Assembly: GCA_028291765.1 (NCBI GenBank)
Contig: JAQGNR010000009.1
Coordinates: forward strand, 3,223 to 67,222
Origin: Herbaspirillum sp.
Lineage (GTDB): Bacteria; Pseudomonadota; Gammaproteobacteria; Burkholderiales; Burkholderiaceae_D
Length of the DNA stretch: 64,000 nucleotides
Direction of reading: 5' to 3'
The position numbers and the translations under genes are program-made. The notes beneath the pieces are model-generated. The model was not told where the DNA came from. It did not search any database and saw nothing but the letters and a program-made list of their open reading frames with translations. Positions 1 through 9,094 of the stretch are shown here, piece by piece. The number at the start of each line of letters is the position of its first letter. Within the stretch, counting starts at the first letter, position 1.

Positions 1-2
1 AT

Positions 3-1271
3 TTACAGGCACTGATCGCAGCCGCACTGAACAACAATCGTGATCTGCGCACAGCGATACTGAACATCGAAGCGGCGCGCGCGCAGTACAACATCACCCG
101 TGCGGATCGTCTGCCCAACGTCAACGTCAATGCCAGTGCAACGCGCGAGCACCTGCCCGCCATCGAATCGCCGAACGGCCAGCCCCTGACGGGCAACATC
201 TATCAGGCCAATCTCGGCCTGGCGGCATTCGAACTGGATTTCTTCGGTCGGGTGCGCAGCCTGAGCCAATCGGCGCTGGCGTCGTATCTGGCTACGGAAG
301 AAGCGCGTCAATCGGTGCAGATCACTTTGGTCGCGCAAGTTGCGCAAGCGTATCTGGCGGAGCGTTCGTTTGCCGAGCAGTTGGCGATTGCGCAGCAAAC
401 ATTTGACAGCCGTCAAACGGATTACACCTTGGCCCAGAAGCGCTTCGATGTCGGCATCGATTCAGCGCTGACCCTAAGCCTCTCGAACACGCTGGTGCAA
501 TCGGCCCGCACTGCGATTGCGACCTTGAAACGGCAGCGTGCGCAAGCCGATAATGCGCTGACATTGCTGATCGGCGTGCGGGTTGCAAATCTGCCGGCGT
601 CGCCGACGCTTTCGGACGAGAACATCGTCGCGGACATTCCGGCCGGCCTGCCGTCGGACCTTTTGACACGCCGTCCGGACATTCGCGCCGCCGAACAACG
701 CCTGTTGGCGACCAATGCGAACATCGGTGCGGCCCGCGCAGCATTTTTCCCGCGCATCTCGCTGACGGGTACATTCGGCAGCGCCAGTACCTCGCTGGGC
801 GGCCTGTTCGATTCCGGCAGCGGCTTATGGTCGTTTGCGCCGCAGTTGACGCTGCCGATCTTCGACGGCGGCCGTAATCGCGGCAATCTGACGTTGGCGG
901 AAGTACGCAAGAATCTGGCTGTTGCTGATTACGAAAAAACCATCCAGACCGCTTTCCGGGAAGTTGCCGATGCATTGGTGGGGCGTGAAACGTTGACGGA
1001 GCAAGTCGAGGCCCAGGAGGCGTTTTTGAAGGTTACGCAGGAACGGGTTGATTTGACGAATATGCGTTACCAGAATGGTATTGCTAGCTCGTTTGATAGG
1101 CTTGATGCGGAGCGGGAATTGTTTGGGGCGCAGCAGGCCTTGGTTCAGGCGCGGCAGTTGCGTTTGGATAATTCGATTGATTTGTATCGGTCGTTGGGTG
1201 GGGGCTTGAATGAGGTGACCGGGACGGCGTTGCCGGCGGCGGCGCCTGTGCCAGGGTTGGCGGTGAAGTGA
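3..1271 (+). CDS. Outer membrane factor (NodT/OprM family) efflux channel lipoprotein, 5'-truncated by window edge
   Basis: The frame is open from nt 3 to TGA 1269-1271. The translation LQALIAAALNNNRDLRTAILNIEAARAQYNITRADRLPNVN... and the repeated helical OEP pattern are typical of RND-associated OMF proteins. Confidence 0.85.
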   Translation, partial: LQALIAAALNNNRDLRTAILNIEAARAQYNITRADRLPNVNVNASATREHLPAIESPNGQPLTGNIYQANLGLAAFELDFFGRVRSLSQSALASYLATEEARQSVQITLVAQVAQAYLAERSFAEQLAIAQQTFDSRQTDYTLAQKRFDVGIDSALTLSLSNTLVQSARTAIATLKRQRAQADNALTLLIGVRVANLPASPTLSDENIVADIPAGLPSDLLTRRPDIRAAEQRLLATNANIGAARAAFFPRISLTGTFGSASTSLGGLFDSGSGLWSFAPQLTLPIFDGGRNRGNLTLAEVRKNLAVADYEKTIQTAFREVADALVGRETLTEQVEAQEAFLKVTQERVDLTNMRYQNGIASSFDRLDAERELFGAQQALVQARQLRLDNSIDLYRSLGGGLNEVTGTALPAAAPVPGLAVK

Positions 1272-1286
1272 AATTTTAAGTGTGGT

Positions 1287-1398
1287 GGTGATCCTTCGAT
1301 ACGGCCTGCGGCCTACTCAGGACGAACGGTTTTTATTTAAGCGCGACACAAAATAACGTTCGCCCTGAGTAGGCCGCAGGCCGTATCGAAGGGTCACC
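1287..1398. repeat. Inverted repeat with 42-nt arms (1287-1328 / 1357-1398) and a 28-nt loop; putative bidirectional terminator or REP/MITE-like hairpin
   Basis: The arms are reverse complements at 40 of 42 positions. The element sits between the convergent OMF stop (1271) and the waaA stop (1400). Confidence 0.6.
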
Positions 1399-1399
1399 G

Positions 1400-2686
1400 C
1401 TAACCTAAAATTTTCGAAAGCAAATCCACAGTTCGGCTAGTCGCCCCCTGATGCTGCCGCGCAAACCCTTGCGCAGCTTGTCCCATTGCAGCACATCGCC
1501 CCGAATCGTCAAACAACGCCAGCGCACTTCGCAGCATCGCCCCGGCATTCGCAACACGCAACGCCCCGCCCACAGCAATCGCATCTTCCGTACTCTGCGC
1601 AAAGTTAAACGTATGAGGACCGATCAACACCGGCTTGCCGACGGTCGCCGCCTCAATCAGATTTTGCCCTCCCAGCGGCAGCAAACTCCCCCCGATAAAC
1701 GCAACATCGCAGGCGGTGTAATACGCAAACATCTCGCCCATGGTGTCGCCCAGCAAGATCCTGACCGATGCCGGCAGCGCATCGCTATCGTTTAAAGCAG
1801 AACGGCGCTGCATGCCCAGCGCCGGATAAGCGGCGATCAGCTCGGCCACAGCATCAAAACGTTGCGGATGACGCGGCACAATGACAATCAGCAAATCGCC
1901 GAGAAAGGCCTGATCCACGCCGGCCAGGGCCGATAAAATCAAAGCCTCTTCGCCTTCCCGTGTGCTGGCGCACAACAGCACAGGGCGCTGGCCGATCTGC
2001 GCACGCCATTGCCTACCCCGCTGCACCATCGCAGCCGGCGGCGCGACATCAAATTTCAGACTCCCGGTGACATGCACATTAGCTGCACCGAAACGCTTGA
2101 GCCGCCCGGCGTCGGCCTCGGTTTGCGCCGCGACCAATTTCAGACCGGCAGCCGCTTCCAGCATCAAACCTTCAAAGCGCTTACCGCGCCGCAACGAGCG
2201 CTCCGACAAGCGTGCATTGACCAACGCCACCGGCACCCGATAGCGCACGCATTGCGCCACCATATTCGGCCACACTTCGGTTTCCATCAGAATGCTGATG
2301 CGCGGCTTGAAATAGCGCAGGAAGCGGGCCGCCATCCAGCCGGTATCGTAAGGCAGATAGCTCTGCACAAAGCGCGCGCCATAATGCGCAAACAACTGCT
2401 GACCGGTAGCGCGGCCGGTCGCCGTCATATGCGTGAGCAGCAAGCCATGATCTGGAAAATCCGCCAGCAAGGCATCGATCAGCGGTTGCGCCGCACGCGT
2501 TTCGCCGACCGAGACCGCGTGTACCCATAACAGCGGCCTATGATTGCTGCCGGTCAACTGACGATAAAAACCGAAACGCTCGGCAATGTGCTGACGATAA
2601 CCGGGTTCCGCACGGCCGCGCCGCCACAGCTTCAGCAGCACGAATGGCAACGCCAGCGACCACACCGTGGAATAGAAAAACCGCAT
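1400..2686 (-). CDS. waaA: 3-deoxy-D-manno-octulosonic acid (Kdo) transferase
   Basis: The translation RFFYSTVWSLALPFVLLKLWRRGRAEPGY...WVHAVSVGETRAAQPLI matches the KdtA/WaaA N-terminus and the SVGE motif. ATG 2686-2684 overlaps the upstream TGA by 1 nt; the track start at 2689 is a TTG. Confidence 0.9.
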   Translation of the reverse strand: MRFFYSTVWSLALPFVLLKLWRRGRAEPGYRQHIAERFGFYRQLTGSNHRPLLWVHAVSVGETRAAQPLIDALLADFPDHGLLLTHMTATGRATGQQLFAHYGARFVQSYLPYDTGWMAARFLRYFKPRISILMETEVWPNMVAQCVRYRVPVALVNARLSERSLRRGKRFEGLMLEAAAGLKLVAAQTEADAGRLKRFGAANVHVTGSLKFDVAPPAAMVQRGRQWRAQIGQRPVLLCASTREGEEALILSALAGVDQAFLGDLLIVIVPRHPQRFDAVAELIAAYPALGMQRRSALNDSDALPASVRILLGDTMGEMFAYYTACDVAFIGGSLLPLGGQNLIEAATVGKPVLIGPHTFNFAQSTEDAIAVGGALRVANAGAMLRSALALFDDSGRCAAMGQAAQGFARQHQGATSRTVDLLSKILG

Positions 2687-3555
2687 CAAAGCAGGCTATG
2701 GCCGCTAAGCCGCGTCAGAATCGCCAAGGGGCTGGCGGCGGGATCATATTGTTTTTGCGCCGGCAGATGCAAGGTCTGCTCCAGCATATATTGCCCAGAC
2801 ATGACCGCATGCGAAGCCTGATCCGAAAAACAGACCCAGACCGATCCGGCGGCAAACGGCATTGTGACCTGCTGCGCGCCGGTTTGATAATCGGCATCGG
2901 ATTTCATGCCGTCGTGCAACTGCAGCATCAGATGATCGTATTCGCTGCGGAGGGATTTGGTGATTTTTAATCCATGCAGCAGATTGGCCTGCCAGCGACG
3001 ATAAGGTTTGGCGCGCGGCAGAAATCGCTGCGCAACCATTTCAAACGGTTCGCCTACCCGCCACACGCGCGGCAGGCCATGCGGATTGATGTTGGCAAAT
3101 ACACGCAGAATCCGCTCGCCATGATTGGGCCGCGACGGAAAGGCATCCACGTGCAAACGCTTGTCGTCGGCGCGCCATGATTGCGCGCGGGATTCGACTT
3201 GCATCGGCCGGTAGCTGGTTGGCGCCAAGCGCAGATATTCTTTATAGTCAGGCAACAGCGAATGAATCAACTCCTGCGCCTGTTCGCGGAAACGCCCGAT
3301 CATCAACGCCAATGCCAACTGTGTGGCGGTATCGCCGGCCGCGCCCTTCAGATGCCCGTGTGCATCCAGACTGATGTTGCGCGCTTTCGGGTGGCGTACC
3401 TCCGGTGTCAGCAGCGCCTGTTCCGACGGCAGCAATTCAAAAGACAGCTTTGGAAAATACAAAACCTTGCCCGCTTCAAGCGCGGCAATCCAGGCCGGAT
3501 CTGGCGTCAGGGCCTGCCATACAGACAGGGGGTTTTCGATGATTTGCTGTTCCAT
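2686..3555 (-). CDS. kdoO: Kdo hydroxylase-like Fe(II)/2-oxoglutarate dioxygenase (KdoO family)
   Basis: Contains LYFPKLSFEL...RLHVDAFPSRPNHGERILRVFANINP (an HxD metal motif) and a distal ASHAV histidine. It lies between waaC and waaA. The start is taken at MEQQII (ATG 3555), just downstream of the waaC stop. Confidence 0.65.
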   Translation of the reverse strand: MEQQIIENPLSVWQALTPDPAWIAALEAGKVLYFPKLSFELLPSEQALLTPEVRHPKARNISLDAHGHLKGAAGDTATQLALALMIGRFREQAQELIHSLLPDYKEYLRLAPTSYRPMQVESRAQSWRADDKRLHVDAFPSRPNHGERILRVFANINPHGLPRVWRVGEPFEMVAQRFLPRAKPYRRWQANLLHGLKITKSLRSEYDHLMLQLHDGMKSDADYQTGAQQVTMPFAAGSVWVCFSDQASHAVMSGQYMLEQTLHLPAQKQYDPAASPLAILTRLSGHSLL

Positions 3556-3563
3556 GATGCGTA

Positions 3564-4589
3564 TTATGCCCGTTGATCCATGTTGCCGGAAAGCGCAACT
3601 GCCGGTGACGCCCCCAACAAGTGATCGATAGCGGCACATACCGCCGTCACGGAGGGCATAACACCGGTATCGCCAAGATTAACGATCCGCGGCGACCAAT
3701 AACCTTCTGTCTTCCAGCGCGGCGTAGCGATGTAGAGTTCAATCGTGGGGCGGCAATAGGCCGCAGCAACGTGCGTCAGTCCGGTATCGACGCCGACCAC
3801 CAGCGCCGCACATTGCGCCAACGCAATCGCATCGATCAGAGTAAGGGACGGTAATACTTTCACATTCGGTAATTGCGCCGCAATTTGCTGCGCTCTGGCG
3901 TACTCTTCAGCATTTCCCCACGGCAGCAGCACCGGCAGACCGCGCGCGGTTAAAGCGGCAGCAATTTCGCGCCAGGACGCAATCGGCCATTGTTTATCGG
4001 CGCCTGCGGTGCCGTGGAAGAAAACGGCGTATTCGCCGGTTCCCTGCCATAGAGGTGATAGTGTACTCAGCGGCTTCTGCAATGCAAAATCGATTGCATC
4101 CGGCACCGCATATTCCAGCGCCTTTGCCGCCACTGCACGGCCCCGCGCCACCGCATGCGAGCGCAGATCTACCGGCACGCTGACGCAATGAAATAGTCTG
4201 GACAAAGGTTCGTAACCGGAATCCTCGGTCGCGTTGGCCAGGCCGACCCGCTTGCCGCCTGGCGCCAGCCTTGCCAGCCGCATTACCAGGCCGGTTTTCA
4301 GCAAACCCTGCGTATCGAGAATCAGATCGTATGGGAGCGCGCGCAAATGACGGTAAAACGCCGCAATTTCGGCACGCACCGAAGCCGATGATAAGTGCTT
4401 GCGCCAGCGGCGCAAGGCGATCGGGATAATGGTGCGGACATGGGGATTGAGGCGGACCAGATCGGTGTAAGCCTCTTCGACTACCCAATCGATTTTGGCG
4501 TCCGGGAAATGGCGATGCACATCGGCCAGCAGGGGCATGTTGTGCACTACGTCGCCTAGCGAGGAGACTCGGACGATCAGAATGTTCAA
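3564..4589 (-). CDS. waaC: LPS heptosyltransferase I
   Basis: The N-terminus NILIVRVSSLGDVVHNMPLLADV and the GT9 fold pattern fit WaaC. It uses a TTG start at 4589. Confidence 0.85.
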   Translation of the reverse strand: MNILIVRVSSLGDVVHNMPLLADVHRHFPDAKIDWVVEEAYTDLVRLNPHVRTIIPIALRRWRKHLSSASVRAEIAAFYRHLRALPYDLILDTQGLLKTGLVMRLARLAPGGKRVGLANATEDSGYEPLSRLFHCVSVPVDLRSHAVARGRAVAAKALEYAVPDAIDFALQKPLSTLSPLWQGTGEYAVFFHGTAGADKQWPIASWREIAAALTARGLPVLLPWGNAEEYARAQQIAAQLPNVKVLPSLTLIDAIALAQCAALVVGVDTGLTHVAAAYCRPTIELYIATPRWKTEGYWSPRIVNLGDTGVMPSVTAVCAAIDHLLGASPAVALSGNMDQRA

Positions 4590-4599
4590 GACTGGCCCA

Positions 4600-5472
4600 T
4601 TATTGTTGACAGAGCCTTAAGGCAAGATCCCACGCCGGCAATGCACAAAATCGCTGCGTCAACTTATCGCAAGACAACACCGAATTCATCGGCCGGCGCG
4701 CCGGCGTCGGATATTCGTCACTGCCGATTGCGGTAATGCGCGGCATCTTCGCCAGTGCTGCGTTGGCGACAATCGCATTGGTAAATTCATACCAGTTCGT
4801 GCGTCCTTGCGCGCTCAGATGATAAATACCGGACGCTTGCTCCAGCCCTGCAAAAGCGCCCTTTTCCGTCCTCAGTTGCCCTAGTATATTGGCCGCGGTA
4901 TCGGCGATCGTTCGACTCCATGTCGGTGCGCCGAATTGATCGGCGACAATGCGTAATTCATCTTTCTCTGCTGCCAGGCGCAGTATCGTCTGCAAAAAAT
5001 TCTTACCCCGCATGCCATACACCCAGCTAGTGCGCAAGATTAGATGCGCCGCGCCGCTGGCCTGTACCGCTTGCTCGCCAGCCAGCTTGCTGCGGCCGTA
5101 CACGTTGATGGGATCAGGCAGATCCTCTTCGGTATATGGCGATGCCTTGGCGCCGTTGAATACGTAATCGGTACTGAAATGCACGATGCCGGCGCCGATT
5201 TTTTCTGCTTCGTCAGCCATCACACCGGGCGCGGTTGCATTGATCCGAAATGCCAGATCCGGCTCGCTCTCGGCCTTATCCACCGCGGTATAGGCAGCCG
5301 CGTTGACGATCAGCTCCGGCTTCAACGTACGTACGACCTCCCTGATCCGGTCAGCATCGCTCAGATCGAGCTGGGCGCGATCCAGCGCCGTCACGTCACC
5401 CAGACTTTGTAGACTGCGTTCCAGTTCATAGCCGACCTGGCCGTTTTTCCCTATCAATAAAATTCGGGTCAT
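4600..5472 (-). CDS. rmlD: dTDP-4-dehydrorhamnose reductase
   Basis: Contains MTRILLIGKNGQVGYEL..., STDYVF and VYGRSKLAGE (YxxxK). The start is taken at the internal ATG 5472 rather than the track start 5529. Confidence 0.9.
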   Translation of the reverse strand: MTRILLIGKNGQVGYELERSLQSLGDVTALDRAQLDLSDADRIREVVRTLKPELIVNAAAYTAVDKAESEPDLAFRINATAPGVMADEAEKIGAGIVHFSTDYVFNGAKASPYTEEDLPDPINVYGRSKLAGEQAVQASGAAHLILRTSWVYGMRGKNFLQTILRLAAEKDELRIVADQFGAPTWSRTIADTAANILGQLRTEKGAFAGLEQASGIYHLSAQGRTNWYEFTNAIVANAALAKMPRITAIGSDEYPTPARRPMNSVLSCDKLTQRFCALPAWDLALRLCQQ

Positions 5473-5541
5473 TGATGTCTCGATACAGCAGTGGTTTATA
5501 AAAACAACGCAAAATTGAATTAACGGCATATTTCGCCAGTG

Positions 5542-7497
5542 TTATACAAGCGCGGAATTTTCCTTCAGATAAACCAGATCGACCAGCTCGGCATGCATTG
5601 TGTAACCGCTGACGAGCCGTGCCAAAATGGATCGAATCTCTGCCGCCTGATTATCATGCACGGCAAGCGCGAGCAACTGCAGCTCAGCGGAAAGCACATC
5701 CCATGGCAAAAATTCTTCCTGCGCTTTCATGATGCGGGAGTGCGCGGTCGGCTGCGGATTTTCACCGATCAATAACTCTTCGTATAATTTCTCCCCAGGA
5801 CGCAAGCCGGTTACCTTGATCTCGATGTCGCCATACGGGTTATTTTCATTTTTGACCATCAATCCCGACAATTCGACCATCCGATAGGCCAGATCGATGA
5901 TCTTGACCGGTTCACCCATGTCGAGCACGAATACATCGCCGCCTTCGGTCATCGCGCCGGCCTGCACGACCAATTGGGCGGCCTCAGGAATGGTCATGAA
6001 ATAGCGCGTCACTTCCAGGTCCGTCACGGTGATCGGGCCGCCCTCTTTGATCTGCTGCCGGAAGAGCGGCACGACGGACCCGGATGAACCCAGCACGTTG
6101 CCGAACCGCACCATGGCAAAACGGGTTCGGCATGGCACTGGAGCGGCATTCGCAGGCGTACTTTCAAAACCCGGGGCACTGCACGTAGAAAGCGCCTGTA
6201 AAATCATTTCGGCCAGTCGTTTGCTGGCGCCCATGACATTGGTCGGTCGTACTGCCTTATCGGTGCTGATCAACACGAAATCGTCAACGCCACTTTCCAC
6301 CGCCGCTCGCGCTACGTTGTAAGTGCCGAATACATTATTGCGCACCCCCTCCGCAGGGTTATGTTCGACCAAGGGGACATGTTTGTAGGCGGCAGCGTGA
6401 TAAACGGTATGCGGCTTCCAGACCTCGCATATCTCCCGAATCCGCTCGTAATCGCGCACGCTGCCCAGTAGCGGAATCAATTCCACCGGCACGTTCAATT
6501 CGATAGCCTGTGCCATTAAATCGCTGTGAATTTGGTACAGGCTGAACTCGCTGTGCTCCAGCAACAGCAATTTGGCCGGATTGACAGCGATGATCTGGCG
6601 GCACAACTCGGAACCGATACTGCCGCCGGCGCCGGTGACCATAACAACCTTACCGCGGATATTCCGGCTGATCAGCGCCGGATTCGGCGCCACTGGTTCA
6701 CGACCCAGCAAGTCGACAATATCGAGTTCGTGGATATCAGAGATAGTCGCCTTACCCTGCGCCAACTCCGACAAATCCGGCAGCGAGCGAATCCGGACAT
6801 GATGCTGACGCAACATCGCCAACACCTCATTACGACGCGCCCGGCTAATAGCCGGCATTGCAAGCAGAATGTCGGTGATGGCGTAGAGCTCGATCAGCTT
6901 GGGAAGATCACGGGGCGAATGCACAACATAGGCGTTAAGCGTTTTGCCCACCAGTTGCGGGTCGTCGTCCAGGAATCCGATCAGATTCAATTGCCGTTTG
7001 CGCTGGACAACCGAAGCGATCTGCGCCCCTGCTGCGCCTGCGCCATAGATCAGCAGGCGCGCTTCTCTTCCGGAGCGGCGGTCCCCGGTGGCCCGGGTCA
7101 GCCAGATGCGCGCGGCGATACGGCTGCCGGCAACCAGGAACAGAAACAACAAGGGCTGCAACAAGCCGAGCGTACGGGGAATGCCGGGCAATGCCAGCCA
7201 AACCAGGATCGCAAAGAAAATCGCACTATAAAGCGCGATGGCCTTCGCAATGGTCGCCATGGCCGACATGCCGGCATAACGAAAAACGGCGCGATAAAGG
7301 CCAAAACGGATCAGGATCGGCAATGACAGAATAATCGCCAGTTGATAGGCATGCCATTCGTATCCATGCGGCATCTCGGCCCTATCCAGCCGCAAATAAA
7401 ATGCCAGCCAGGTGGCAAGGATTGACATCAATATATCAACCCCTCCCACGATGCATTGCTTGATGCGCCTGGATAATTGGATAACGAATGTTTGCAT
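5542..7497 (-). CDS. Membrane-anchored UDP-HexNAc 4,6-dehydratase (CapD/WbpM/PglF family)
   Basis: Several N-terminal hydrophobic helices are followed by VVMVTGAGGSIGSEL and NVMGASKRLAE, both characteristic of this family. Confidence 0.85.
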   Translation of the reverse strand: MQTFVIQLSRRIKQCIVGGVDILMSILATWLAFYLRLDRAEMPHGYEWHAYQLAIILSLPILIRFGLYRAVFRYAGMSAMATIAKAIALYSAIFFAILVWLALPGIPRTLGLLQPLLFLFLVAGSRIAARIWLTRATGDRRSGREARLLIYGAGAAGAQIASVVQRKRQLNLIGFLDDDPQLVGKTLNAYVVHSPRDLPKLIELYAITDILLAMPAISRARRNEVLAMLRQHHVRIRSLPDLSELAQGKATISDIHELDIVDLLGREPVAPNPALISRNIRGKVVMVTGAGGSIGSELCRQIIAVNPAKLLLLEHSEFSLYQIHSDLMAQAIELNVPVELIPLLGSVRDYERIREICEVWKPHTVYHAAAYKHVPLVEHNPAEGVRNNVFGTYNVARAAVESGVDDFVLISTDKAVRPTNVMGASKRLAEMILQALSTCSAPGFESTPANAAPVPCRTRFAMVRFGNVLGSSGSVVPLFRQQIKEGGPITVTDLEVTRYFMTIPEAAQLVVQAGAMTEGGDVFVLDMGEPVKIIDLAYRMVELSGLMVKNENNPYGDIEIKVTGLRPGEKLYEELLIGENPQPTAHSRIMKAQEEFLPWDVLSAELQLLALAVHDNQAAEIRSILARLVSGYTMHAELVDLVYLKENSALV

Positions 7498-7527
7498 ATG
7501 TTCGATTAAAAATACGGTCAGTGCGGG

Positions 7528-8088
7528 TCAGTGCTGAACACCGTCGCGTTTCACTACTTTTTCAAAAGTCAGGCAGAGAATACGCAAATCGAACAGCATA
7601 TTCGCTTTGCGCAGGTATTCCTGATCGAGCTTTACCTTGTCCGGAATCGGCAACTCATCCCTGCCGTTGACCTGTGCCCAGCCGGTCAAACCGGGCAGTA
7701 ATTGATCGACCCCGCACTGGGTTCGCAATTCAATCAGGTCGTTTTGGTTGAATAACGCCGGACGGGGTCCGACAAAACTCATGTCGCCCGCGAGGATACT
7801 CCATAATTGGGGCAATTCGTCCAAGCTGCTTTTGCGTAGGAAACTGCCGATCGGCGTCAGGTACGTGTCCGGATTAGTCAGTAGATGCGTGGCAACAGTT
7901 GGGGTGCCTATCTGCATCGTACGGAATTTTGGCATTTTGAAGAGAATATTTCGTCTTCCGACTCGATCCGACCAATACAAGACCGGCCCGGGCGAGGTAA
8001 AACGAACGAGCAACGACACAATAATGATCGGTAGCAACAGCACAAATCCGGCGAATAACGCCAATACAAGATCGAATAGTCTTTTCAT
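7528..8088 (-). CDS. Small monotopic phosphoglycosyl transferase (PglC/WreU-like bacterial sugar transferase), the initiating enzyme
   Basis: Contains MKRLFDLVLALFAG..., KFRTM and SLDELPQLWSILAGDMSFVGPRP. ATG 8088 lies 4 nt after the upstream stop; the track start at 8115 would overlap by 23 nt. Confidence 0.85.
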   Translation of the reverse strand: MKRLFDLVLALFAGFVLLLPIIIVSLLVRFTSPGPVLYWSDRVGRRNILFKMPKFRTMQIGTPTVATHLLTNPDTYLTPIGSFLRKSSLDELPQLWSILAGDMSFVGPRPALFNQNDLIELRTQCGVDQLLPGLTGWAQVNGRDELPIPDKVKLDQEYLRKANMLFDLRILCLTFEKVVKRDGVQH

Positions 8089-8092
8089 CCGG

Positions 8093-9067
8093 CTATTGTT
8101 CCACATTGACCGCATTTTTGGCTATGTGCACGAACTGGTCACCGGTAATACGCAAACCTTGTTGCAAAGCAAAAGGAGGCGTCCAATTCAATTCCTGACG
8201 GATTGGACTGCTATCCACACGCAGCGAACCAATCAAACGTTCGATCTGTTCCGATTTTCCCAGCAAGCGCCCGCCCAATTGCAGCAAAGCGACAGGACAT
8301 GGCAACAGTCGCGGCGCACGTCCCATTGCAATACTCAACTGGCTTAATAAATCGGGAGTGGCAACATCTTCACCATCGCCCACCAGATAAGTTTTTCCGG
8401 CTGCAGCAGGATGTGTCGCACAAGTAATCAATGCATCCACCAGATTTTCAACATATATCAAACTGCGAAGATTTTGCACAGAAGCTAATGGCAGTGGAAT
8501 ACCTTTTGCCACGAACTTGAGCATTTGCGCGAAGTTACCTTTTACGTTTGGGCCATACACAAGTGGCGGACGCACAATGACGATTTCCAGCCCTGTTTCT
8601 GCGGCAACCCGATGCAAGGCCTGCTCAGCTTCCCATTTGGAAATACCATAAGGATCTTGTGGCGACGGCAAATCGGACCCAGCGAACTTGTCTTCACCCT
8701 GTGTTGCTTCGCCGTTCACTTTGACCGAACTGACATAAATCAGCCGCTTTACGCCACGTGCTGCCGCAGCACGTGCAAGATGCTCGGTTCCCGCGACATT
8801 CGTCTTGCGGAATTCTTCCAATGGACTGGCCGCATCATCGTGCATAACATGTACGCGAGCGGCCAAATGAACCACCACATCGACGTCATCAAGCACATTT
8901 GTCCAATTGGTTTCGCCGTCCAACGTGCCGACCAGCGCAGTCTCAATACCTTCGGCAAGCGGTCTTGCCATGCGCGTAGCTGCTCGAACGGCCCACCCTC
9001 GCGCACGTAATTGTTTACACAGAGGGGTACCGACAAAGCCGTTGGCGCCGGTCACCAGATAACGCAT
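8093..9067 (-). CDS. NAD-dependent sugar epimerase/4-reductase (extended SDR, WbpK/WbpV/WreQ-like)
   Basis: Contains MRYLVTGANGFVG and PYGISKWEAE (YxxxK). The gene order reductase, PGT, dehydratase mirrors wbpK/V-wbpL-wbpM type loci. Confidence 0.75.
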   Translation of the reverse strand: MRYLVTGANGFVGTPLCKQLRARGWAVRAATRMARPLAEGIETALVGTLDGETNWTNVLDDVDVVVHLAARVHVMHDDAASPLEEFRKTNVAGTEHLARAAAARGVKRLIYVSSVKVNGEATQGEDKFAGSDLPSPQDPYGISKWEAEQALHRVAAETGLEIVIVRPPLVYGPNVKGNFAQMLKFVAKGIPLPLASVQNLRSLIYVENLVDALITCATHPAAAGKTYLVGDGEDVATPDLLSQLSIAMGRAPRLLPCPVALLQLGGRLLGKSEQIERLIGSLRVDSSPIRQELNWTPPFALQQGLRITGDQFVHIAKNAVNVEQ

Positions 9068-9094
9068 TTTGTTTTTCCATGCAAGGACATGTTT

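Noticed and set aside
322-975. Long antisense ORFs opposite well-supported genes. Examples are 322-975, 6526-7326, 16181-17011, 19882-20427, 43932-44600, 56369-57466, 57680-58438, 62470-63189 and 63168-63728.
   Set aside because: Their translations are Arg/Pro/Gly/Ala-rich, low-complexity and lack motifs, as expected for shadow frames of GC-richer genes. The opposite strand in each case encodes a protein with clear family signatures.
3556-3639. N-terminal extensions suggested by the ORF track. Affected starts are 3639, 5529, 8115, 13569, 34755, 41227, 45773, 48601, 56426, 54159 and 63228.
   Set aside because: Each extension overlaps the upstream gene or begins at a TTG/GTG. In each case an internal ATG gives the canonical family N-terminus and a compact junction, so I used the shorter coordinates.
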